Assembly (NCBI GenBank): GCA_044342325.1
Contig: JBIIPZ010000035.1
Location: 1-30,775, forward strand
Direction of reading: 5' to 3'
Length of the DNA stretch: 30,775 nt
Origin: Terrimicrobiaceae bacterium
GTDB lineage: Bacteria; Verrucomicrobiota; Verrucomicrobiia; Chthoniobacterales; Terrimicrobiaceae
Both the position numbers and the translations under genes were made by a program. Below are positions 10,001 through 16,837 of the stretch, piece after piece (position 1 is the stretch's first letter; the number at the start of each line of letters is the position of its first letter). Under the pieces are notes generated by a model, which did no database searches, had not been told where the DNA came from, and saw only the letters and a program-made list of their open reading frames with translations.

Positions 10001-10486
10001 GCCGAGAATCTTGCTTTTATCGAAGGCGCCCTCGGCAAGGACCTGCGGAAGTATTTTGCGAAGGATTTCTACAAGGACCACCTCAAAACCTACAAGAAGC
10101 GCCCGATCTACTGGATGGTGAGCAGTCCTCAAGGCAGTTTCCAAGCGCTCATCTACCTGCACCGCTACAACCGCGACACGGTGAATCTGCTCCTGAACGA
10201 CTATGTCCGCAGCTTCCTGCACAAGCTCGAAGAGCGCCATCGCCAACTCACCGCCATCACGCTCGACGAGTCCGTCCGCCCCGCCGAACGCACCCGCGCC
10301 GCCAAGGAACTCGGCAAGATCGAGAAGATGCTGAAGGAAATCCGCGCCTGGGAGCGCGACATCGTCCTGCCCCTCGCCCAAAAACGCCTCGAAATCGACC
10401 TCGATGACGGCGTGAAGGTGAACTACCTCAAATTCAAAGGCCTGCTGGAGAGCATTCCCGGCTTGGAGAAGAAGGAGGAGGATTAA
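7001..10486 (+). CDS. pglX: BREX-1 adenine DNA methyltransferase PglX (BrxX)
   Basis: 1161 aa. YTWFNRL, TQLFTPHWIVRYLVENSLG, SAM motif DPAAGSAH, catalytic NPPY, KGG.FRKWYGN, YKKRPIYW, IDLDDGVKVNY. Confidence 0.96.
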   Translation: MDQSALKKFAQSARERLHELVENRLVFWLGTGSSKPDSAAHRQFAPQIRKLEEMLAKEGREALIERVSYTWFNRLSALRFMDANGYHTFGARVVSPASPHEVMPEILQQARGGTLDSTFRQEMANAEAFEDILSGRIPSPDPQAEAYRLLLVAACNHYHAYMPFLFEEIGDATELLLPEDVLTEHSIVHAFRIGLADEDCRDVEVIGWLYQFYISDKKDAVMARKASVPTEDIPAVTQLFTPHWIVRYLVENSLGRLWLLNRPQSKLRAQMPYYIEGEAETDFLKITKPEDIKLIDPAAGSAHMLTYSFDLLYAMYEEEGYDAPEIPGLILKHNLHGVDICDRAAALAAFALCMKARAKDVRFFRRMVQPNIVELRDVKFEENELRDYIRAIGVGDLFNKPMLKLLHQFEEAKNFGSLIQPCLDERAITFARRAIEIKDLGGQLFLRETHLKVLRVLEQAEALTRRYHVVVANPPYMGSKAMNNALKVFVSKHYPDAKSDLMTCFMERCRCIAIKDGLLAMINLPSWLFLSSFEDFRHRLVREITISSFLHLGRGMFGSDFGSVAFVFANRTDKESVGFYRRLFENQSEVVSVEEIEKRFRDRGYGAFRARQANFIKLPGCPIAYWISPAMRKAFEDFEALEKLADARIGMATGKNAIYVRQWFEVASPRVGFRLPSRPAAKESGKKWFPYAKGGEFRKWYGNSESVVDWSNDGHALQTTLHPGGERIWAHNFNLDQVFRPAICWTVVTIAETGFRFHPEGYIFDAAAGLCQPKKAADNLFLLGALNSKVAANALKIINPTVNLHPGYLGRIPIPDHSKERVGAIVGECLKIAKADWDNFETSWDFLDQPLLRPGLKGATLEASWRNWEAQSTAAIRRMQELETENNRLFIAAYGLDGELQPEVPEAQITLARADQRTDLVAFLSYAIGCMFGRYSLDAPSLIIADAGSTVQDYMAKVPNPSFAPDADGILPVLDGDWFSDDIVARFREFLRVTFGDAKLAENLAFIEGALGKDLRKYFAKDFYKDHLKTYKKRPIYWMVSSPQGSFQALIYLHRYNRDTVNLLLNDYVRSFLHKLEERHRQLTAITLDESVRPAERTRAAKELGKIEKMLKEIRAWERDIVLPLAQKRLEIDLDDGVKVNYLKFKGLLESIPGLEKKEED

Positions 10487-10490
10487 AAAA

Positions 10491-10514
10491 TCTTGCAAAA
10501 TGAAAAATGCAAGA
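10491..10514. promoter_or_regulatory. Inverted repeat TCTTGCA-N10-TGCAAGA, candidate operator
   Basis: Perfect 7-bp arms in the short gap between pglX and the HTH-peptidase gene; left arm overlaps a -35-like TTGCAA. Confidence 0.55.
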
Positions 10515-10528
10515 GAGTGTGTCCTGTT

Positions 10529-11641
10529 ATGAATGAAGCCGAATCACTGAACTTGCCCCACTTGGCGCGGCGGGTGGTCTCCGCCCGGGAGTTTGCCGGG
10601 CTCACGCAGAGCCAGCTCAGCCGGAAGGTTGGTTTCAAAGACAGGCAGACGCTGGCGGCCATCGAGGCGGATCAGCGCCGGGTCGGAGTGTCCGAACTCT
10701 TGGCCATCATCAAAGCCACAGGAAAGGATCTCGATTTTTTTGCGGATCCCTTTCGCATCGTCGGAGAGGGCGGCTTTTCCTATCGGGCCAAGGGCTCGGA
10801 GGAAGTCGCCTTGGACGATTTTGAGGAACGAGTCGGAAAGTGGCTCGCCCTGTGGCGTTACTTGAGTGAGAAGCGAGGGAGGCCTCCCCGTATTTTGCGA
10901 CCCCGCTTGGCGCTCCATGAGAAAAGCACCTTCGAAGAGGCTCAGCGGGCCGGAGAACAGGTCGCACGGGACCTCATGCTCGGCAAGGTGCCGGCTGAGC
11001 GGTTGGCCGGAGCGATCGAGCAGGAGCTTGAAATCCTGCTTCTCCATGCGGACATGCCCAAGGGTGTCTCTGGAGCTGCCGTTCAGTTGTCGGGCGGTGA
11101 CAGCATTTTGATCAACCGCAAGGAACCTGGATCGCGACAGGCCTTCGATTTGGCGCACGAGCTTTTTCATGTGCTCACATGGGATGCAATGCCGCCCGAG
11201 CGAGTGGATCGAGAAGAGCCGACACGCTACAAAGCCAAACGCATCGAGCAACTGGCGGATAACTTCGCCGGTGCCCTGCTGATGCCGGGCGAAAACCTCA
11301 CTCAACTCTGGGCGGCAAAGCCTGCCACTCAAGGCATGGACGAGTGGATTTCTTCCGTCGCCGATGTGTTTCAAGTCTCAAAGTCGGCTCTGGCTTGGCG
11401 CTTGGTGGCCCTTGGCCTCATTACCCGTGGAGATTGGAGCCCGAGTTCCAAGAAAACGCGGGATCGCAAGGATGCGGAGACCCCCCCGGCTTTCTCGCGG
11501 CAGTATCTGGAGCGCGTGGCGCAGGGAATAACTCATGGGGATGTCTCCGTGCGGCGCGTGCTTGAGATTCTCGATATCGACCTGCACGAACTCCGGACCC
11601 TCTGCAAGAGCCATGCCGTGCCATTAGAAGTCGGTCTTTGA
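10529..11641 (+). CDS. XRE-family HTH fused to ImmA/IrrE Zn-metallopeptidase (RmrA-like antitoxin/regulator)
   Basis: N-terminal AREFAGLTQSQLSRKVG...LAAIE HTH, peptidase motif FDLAHELFH, E..ADNFAGALLMP, FQVSKSAL.WRL. Start set at ATG 10529. Confidence 0.9.
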   Translation: MNEAESLNLPHLARRVVSAREFAGLTQSQLSRKVGFKDRQTLAAIEADQRRVGVSELLAIIKATGKDLDFFADPFRIVGEGGFSYRAKGSEEVALDDFEERVGKWLALWRYLSEKRGRPPRILRPRLALHEKSTFEEAQRAGEQVARDLMLGKVPAERLAGAIEQELEILLLHADMPKGVSGAAVQLSGGDSILINRKEPGSRQAFDLAHELFHVLTWDAMPPERVDREEPTRYKAKRIEQLADNFAGALLMPGENLTQLWAAKPATQGMDEWISSVADVFQVSKSALAWRLVALGLITRGDWSPSSKKTRDRKDAETPPAFSRQYLERVAQGITHGDVSVRRVLEILDIDLHELRTLCKSHAVPLEVGL

Positions 11642-11651
11642 AAACTCCCCG

Positions 11652-12152
11652 ATGCCGCCACTCCCAAAAATCGTGTATGTGGATACCAATGTGATCATCG
11701 AAGCGGTGCGGACCGGTTGTTGGAAATCAATCGCCCAGCGCTTTGCCATCCATACCGTGGCCACGGTGCGGGACGAGGCGCTGAAGGTGCCTGCCGACAA
11801 GTCCAGATATGTGCCTGTGGATGCCTCCACAATCTTCCGGCATGTGACTGTAGAGATGGTTTCTCAAGCCGATATCTTGTTGGCATCCGCCAAGACCCCG
11901 AATATCTCGGCCCTGGACGCGGGCGAGCGCGATCTTCTGGCCCATGTGGCGGCAAGACACGACGACGCCTGGATCGTTACCACGGCCGACAAGGCCGCCG
12001 TCAAAACCGCCTGTGCACTCGGTTTGGAGTCAAAGCTCGTCTCGCTGGAAGAATTGGCCGAAGCCAGTGGGAGCAAACCCAAACTCCATGAGTGGCATCT
12101 CAAAAGATGGCTCAGCAAAGTCCGGTCTGAATTCCTCCTTGATCACTTCTAA
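11652..12152 (+). CDS. PIN-domain putative ribonuclease toxin
   Basis: VYVDTNVII, LDAGE and TTADKAA acidic PIN motifs; 10 nt downstream of the HTH-peptidase gene. Confidence 0.8.
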   Translation: MPPLPKIVYVDTNVIIEAVRTGCWKSIAQRFAIHTVATVRDEALKVPADKSRYVPVDASTIFRHVTVEMVSQADILLASAKTPNISALDAGERDLLAHVAARHDDAWIVTTADKAAVKTACALGLESKLVSLEELAEASGSKPKLHEWHLKRWLSKVRSEFLLDHF

Positions 12153-12219
12153 AAAAACCGATGAGCGATCAAGAGACTGAGAAAAAGTCACAGAATCCTA
12201 AAATAATCCGTTTTTAAAA

Positions 12220-12253
12220 ATTGAAATAGTTCAATAAGTGTGATTTTTTCACA
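12220..12253. promoter_or_regulatory. AT-rich control region with two palindromes upstream of the ATPase
   Basis: ATTGAA-N4-TTCAAT (12220-12235) and TGTGA-N5-TCACA (12239-12253). Confidence 0.4.
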
Positions 12254-12257
12254 ACAT

Positions 12258-13673
12258 ATGCTTTTATCCTTCACTGTTGAGAATTTCCGATCCTTCAAGG
12301 AGACGCAAACGCTGTCCATGGTGGCGAGCAATCGCCATCCGGACCATGAGAACCACCTCACCCCGATTCCACAGGATGAAAACAAAGTCTTGCCGGTGGC
12401 AGCGGTGTATGGAGCTAACGGCGCGGGAAAATCGAATCTGGTGAGGGCTCTGGGTTTTCTGAGAATGCTTGTGCTGGAAGGCACGGAGCCGAAAAAAGCA
12501 ATCCCGCGCCAGGCCTTCGCGTTGGATGAGGAAACGCCGCGCGAGCCGAGCGAATTCTCTGTGCAATTTGTGCAGGATGGCCGCGTGTTTGCCTACGGCT
12601 GCCAAGTGGATGAAAAAAAGGTTTGTGCCGAGTGGCTGAGCGTCCTGCGCGGATCCAAGGAGACGACCGTCTTCGAGCGGGCAACGAACGCCTCCGGCAA
12701 AGTGATGATTCAGACGGGTCCGGCGATGGCCGCAGACTCGGAGTGGGGAGACCACACAAAGCCCCGCGAGTTGGCCAAAGTGGGAGTGCTCCCCAACCAA
12801 CTCTTCCTCCATGCTGTGGGAGCGATGTTGCAGGAGGCGGACCAAGGGCCTCTCTTCCGGGCGGCCTTGGAGTGGATGGACTCGGTCACAATCATTCCTG
12901 CGGATGCGACCTTCCAGTTGCTGTCCCGTCTGGTGGCACAGAACAAGGACTTCACGGATTTCGCTGGAGAATTTCTGCGCCGCGTGGAAACAGGCGTGGA
13001 GGAGTTAAAGGTCGAAACGAGCGACCTCGACAAGAATGTCCTCTCGGGGCTTGAGCCGAACTTGCAACGGATGATCGAAGATTTGCCCCCGGGCGAGCAG
13101 ATCGGCCTTCCCGCGCGGGACGGTTCGGAAATGCTTGTGGAGAACCTTTCCGGCATGAAGGTGCGCTTGCGCACACTCACCGCCGAGCATCTAACCTCCG
13201 ATGGGCGTCGCGTGGGCCTGCCTTTCAACGAAGAATCGGATGGCACCAAGCGGCTCACGCATCTCCTGCCCGTGCTGCACGGTGGCAAGCAAGGAGCTGG
13301 CATCTATGTGATCGACGAGATCGATCGAAGCCTGCATCCGCTCCTGGCCAAAGGATTCGTGCGCTCATTTCTCGAAAACTGCATTGGCAGCCAACTGGTC
13401 TTCACCACCCACGAGACGGCATTCCTCGATTTGGAACTGCTCCGGAGGGACGAAATCTGGTTTGTGAAAAAACAGGGGGCGCGCGGTGCATCCGAGATTT
13501 ACTCCCTCGCGGAATACCGTGTGCGAACGGATCTGAAGGTGGACAAGGCCTACTTGCAAGGGCGCTTCGACGCCGTTCCACCGATTGAAAACGAGCTTCC
13601 CGAGTGGGTCGGAAAAATCATGGCGGAGCTGCACCCCAACAAAGCGGAACCTGCGCTGGCACTGGCCAAATGA
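12258..13673 (+). CDS. AAA_21/ABC-type ATPase (RloA/AbiLi-like)
   Basis: MLLSFTVENFRSFKE start, Walker A GANGAGKSN, signature ESDGTKR, Walker B VIDEID.SLHP, FTTH, LLRRDEIWFV, YLQGRF. Confidence 0.9.
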   Translation: MLLSFTVENFRSFKETQTLSMVASNRHPDHENHLTPIPQDENKVLPVAAVYGANGAGKSNLVRALGFLRMLVLEGTEPKKAIPRQAFALDEETPREPSEFSVQFVQDGRVFAYGCQVDEKKVCAEWLSVLRGSKETTVFERATNASGKVMIQTGPAMAADSEWGDHTKPRELAKVGVLPNQLFLHAVGAMLQEADQGPLFRAALEWMDSVTIIPADATFQLLSRLVAQNKDFTDFAGEFLRRVETGVEELKVETSDLDKNVLSGLEPNLQRMIEDLPPGEQIGLPARDGSEMLVENLSGMKVRLRTLTAEHLTSDGRRVGLPFNEESDGTKRLTHLLPVLHGGKQGAGIYVIDEIDRSLHPLLAKGFVRSFLENCIGSQLVFTTHETAFLDLELLRRDEIWFVKKQGARGASEIYSLAEYRVRTDLKVDKAYLQGRFDAVPPIENELPEWVGKIMAELHPNKAEPALALAK

Positions 13674-14317
13674 GTCTTCTCAACCGCCGCCCAGTCTCAA
13701 TAGGTCGAGAGATCCGGGAATTCCGTGACGATCGTGTTTTTGTGGTGGCAACGGATGACACTTATGCCCCGGAGCAATACTTCAAGCATCTGGCACTCCG
13801 GAGAGTGAGGGTGGTTGTTTTACCTACGGAGCGGGGTGAATCCTCTCCGGCCCATGTCGTGGCCAGGCTCAAGGCGGCCTACGAGGTTTACGCCAACGCC
13901 CATGAAATTCGGGAGAGGGATGAGTTCTGGATTTTCCTCGATCGAGACCATCACTTCAAAGGCACCCACACCCCGCAAACCCTTGAAGCGCTCCGAGCTG
14001 GCAAGACGGCAGGATTTGAGGTGGCGATCAGCAATCCTTGCTTCGAGCTGTGGCTACTCCTGCATCACGAGGAGGTTTCGCCGGATGCGGAGTTGGACAA
14101 CTGCGCTGCGGTAGAAAGCTCACTTCGTGCCCGTCTCGGATCATACAATAAAACCAACATACTGCCCGGGCAGTTTCCACTCGATCTGGTTGAGATTGCT
14201 ATCCGGCGGGCACAGGCCCTCGAAAAGTCTCCCTATAGCCCAACTGCCTTGCTCCCTCTTCCCATTGGAACGCGCGTTTACCGCCTGCTTGAAAAAATCC
14301 TCTCGCCCGCGATATGA
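13670..14317 (+). CDS. RloB-like protein (AbiLii-like)
   Basis: E.YF, WIFLDRD and SNPCFELWLLLH motifs; ATGA overlaps with both the ATPase and pglZ. Start set at ATG 13670. Confidence 0.88.
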   Translation: MSLLNRRPVSIGREIREFRDDRVFVVATDDTYAPEQYFKHLALRRVRVVVLPTERGESSPAHVVARLKAAYEVYANAHEIRERDEFWIFLDRDHHFKGTHTPQTLEALRAGKTAGFEVAISNPCFELWLLLHHEEVSPDAELDNCAAVESSLRARLGSYNKTNILPGQFPLDLVEIAIRRAQALEKSPYSPTALLPLPIGTRVYRLLEKILSPAI

Positions 14318-16827
14318 GCCTACCAAAAATCCAAGCCACTCTTGAAAAACGCCTCGCTCAGAGTCGAATCGTTTTCTGGTATGATGCCGAAGCGGAGTGG
14401 TGGACGGAATTCGACGCCTTAAGCGTGGAGGGGGTCGAAAAAATCGCGGTGCGGAAAAATGAATTCGGTGTGAAGCACCGGATCGTTCGCCAGTCTCCCA
14501 ACCAGCAATTTCTCCTCTACTTTCAGGGACAGCAGAGGCCGGAGGATCATGAAAACTGGCTGCTCGATCTGCTTCTCGCAAATGGTGAACCGTTTTCTCC
14601 AGACCGAGCTTCTCTAGCGCTCATCGATGCCGACTTGCCCCCAGAACTGAAGGCTCTCGTGGAAAAGCACATCGTCTTTTTCAACAGCAAGGAACGCGTA
14701 GCGGCATTAAAAAAATGGTTGAAGCCCGACGACACAGAGAGGGAAGTGCGGCTCAAAATGATCGCAGTGGCTTGCGGTGTTGAGCCTCGTTTTGACAGCG
14801 TTCTTCTTGCAATACTGGGTGAGTTTTCTGCAGGAAAAAAAGAGCTTTTTGAAAACTTGGGTAATTTTGCACTGCATGGCGCGCTGTGGGACTCGATCCA
14901 GAGGGAGTTCGATTATAGCAGGCCAGAGCCCACGCTCTTGGATTTCATTTTATCGGTCTTTCGAGCGGCATCCCATTTAGGCGATGCAGGCGGAGTCGAT
15001 CCCAGGGCGTCCGTTGTTTTTCTTAATCGTTGGAAGGACAGCGCCGAACACGGAGAGTGCTATGCGATACTTTCCGAGCGTGCCGATGAACTGCTCAACA
15101 TCTCGGCTGCACTCAATGCTCTGGAGGACTCTTCTGACCTGCTGGAAAACGATGTGTTTCGGCGCGTGGATCTACGCGTAATCGCTGATCTTCGGGATGC
15201 GTTGGTCGCGGAGAGCATGCCCACTGACCGGGTCATTCAGCGTGCCAAAGCCCGCTCCTCGCTGCACTGGGCGCGGAGAGATGAGGGGATTCGGTGTCTC
15301 TATGAGGCGCTTGCCGTGGCAGCGGAATTATTAGAAAAACTTCCCAAGCTGGATATCAGCATTGAGTCCTTTGATGCAGGGATTCGGAAATATGCCGCCT
15401 CTTGGTTCGCGATCGACCGTCTCTACCGATCCTTCATTCATGCCTATTCCAAATCCGGCCAAACATCGCTTCTTGAGAAGTTAGTCTCGCGGATTGAAGG
15501 CCTGTATGTGAATGAGTTTTGTTCGCGCCTCGCGGCAAATTGGCAGGAATGGGTGGACCGATCGGAGTCTTGGAAACCCTCGGATGTCGTATCCCAGCGT
15601 GCTTTCTACCAAACTTTCGTTCGCCCACAGGTCTCCGAAGGTCGAAAGATTTTTGTAATCGTATCGGATGCCATGCGCTACGAGGCTGGCACAGAGCTTC
15701 TGGAAAAAATCCTAAAAGAGGATCGCTGGTCTGCGGAGATGGAGCCCATGCTTGCAGCAGTGCCGAGTTTCACCCAACTGGGTATGGCGGCCTTGCTCCC
15801 TCATCGCCACTTGGAATTCAGCAGCGATGCAAAAACAATTCTCGCAGATGGCAGCAGCACGGCAGGCACCGAGGCGCGCGCGAAGATTCTGTCTTCTCAA
15901 GGCGGTTGCCGAGCCACAGCACTCACTGCGGAAGCTTTTTTAGCGATGAACTCGAAGACGGATGGGCGGAATCTCACCCGCGAGCACGATGTGGTCTTCA
16001 TTTACCACGATGTCATCGACGCTGTGGGCGATAAGCGCGACACCGAACATAAGACATGCGAAGCCGTGGCGAAGGCGCTTGATGAGATCATCCGCATTCT
16101 CAAAAAAGGGGCGGCTGTGAATGCGAACCATTTTCTCGTCACAGCCGACCATGGGTTCCTCTACCAGCACGAGCCTGTTGCGGAGAGCGACTTTTTGGAA
16201 ATCTCAGCACCCGAGGGAGCGCTTCGTTTCGACCGGCGCTTTATTGTGGCGCCCCAAATTCCGTCAAACCCCCGACTCAAGGTTTTTTCCTCTGCCCAAA
16301 TGGAATTGCAAGGTGAGGTCAGTGTTGGATTCCCAAAAGGTATTCAACGCCTCCGGCAGAAAGGCTCTGGGAGTCGATATGTGCATGGAGGCACTTCCAT
16401 ACAGGAAGTGGTCGTGCCTGTTCTCAAAATTCGCAAAGACCGGGTGAGTGATACGGCACCGGTGGAAGTCGATATCATCCGCAGCGGGCAGCAAATCACC
16501 ACAGGGCAAGTCACCATTACCTTCCTTCAAACTGAGCCTGTTGGAGAGAAGTGCCTGCCACGGGACATCCGAGCAGGCTTTTACTCCAAAACAGGCGTGG
16601 CATTGAGCGAGTCCAAGAGTCTTCGATTCGACTCGATCCATGAAGATGCCCGGCAACGCGAGCGGCGCGAACAGTTCATTTTTGGGCGCGAGGCAGAACA
16701 ATTCAACCAGCAGGAAATCCTCCTAAAACTTGAAGAACTCATTCCTGGAACTGCGCAGGCACGCATCTACAGGGAATTCCCGTTCAAACTTCGCAGAGCT
16801 TTTGAAAGCGACTTCGACGACTTGTGA
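14314..16827 (+). CDS. pglZ: BREX-1 phosphatase/nuclease PglZ (BrxZ)
   Basis: RIVFWYD, NWLLD, VIVSDAMRYE, PSFTQLGMAALLP, TADHGF, YVHGG.S.QE. Confidence 0.95.
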   Translation: MSLPKIQATLEKRLAQSRIVFWYDAEAEWWTEFDALSVEGVEKIAVRKNEFGVKHRIVRQSPNQQFLLYFQGQQRPEDHENWLLDLLLANGEPFSPDRASLALIDADLPPELKALVEKHIVFFNSKERVAALKKWLKPDDTEREVRLKMIAVACGVEPRFDSVLLAILGEFSAGKKELFENLGNFALHGALWDSIQREFDYSRPEPTLLDFILSVFRAASHLGDAGGVDPRASVVFLNRWKDSAEHGECYAILSERADELLNISAALNALEDSSDLLENDVFRRVDLRVIADLRDALVAESMPTDRVIQRAKARSSLHWARRDEGIRCLYEALAVAAELLEKLPKLDISIESFDAGIRKYAASWFAIDRLYRSFIHAYSKSGQTSLLEKLVSRIEGLYVNEFCSRLAANWQEWVDRSESWKPSDVVSQRAFYQTFVRPQVSEGRKIFVIVSDAMRYEAGTELLEKILKEDRWSAEMEPMLAAVPSFTQLGMAALLPHRHLEFSSDAKTILADGSSTAGTEARAKILSSQGGCRATALTAEAFLAMNSKTDGRNLTREHDVVFIYHDVIDAVGDKRDTEHKTCEAVAKALDEIIRILKKGAAVNANHFLVTADHGFLYQHEPVAESDFLEISAPEGALRFDRRFIVAPQIPSNPRLKVFSSAQMELQGEVSVGFPKGIQRLRQKGSGSRYVHGGTSIQEVVVPVLKIRKDRVSDTAPVEVDIIRSGQQITTGQVTITFLQTEPVGEKCLPRDIRAGFYSKTGVALSESKSLRFDSIHEDARQRERREQFIFGREAEQFNQQEILLKLEELIPGTAQARIYREFPFKLRRAFESDFDDL

Positions 16828-16837
16828 CCTCTAAAAA

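Noticed and set aside
7001..10486. Phase-variable pglX (inversion or duplicated partial pglX)
   Set aside because: No second pglX fragment, recombinase gene or flanking inverted repeats were seen in the window.
12161..12217. Mini-ORF MSDQETEKKSQNPKIIRF between PIN and the ATPase
   Set aside because: Only 18 codons with no recognisable motif or coupling to the next gene; may be a remnant but cannot be supported.
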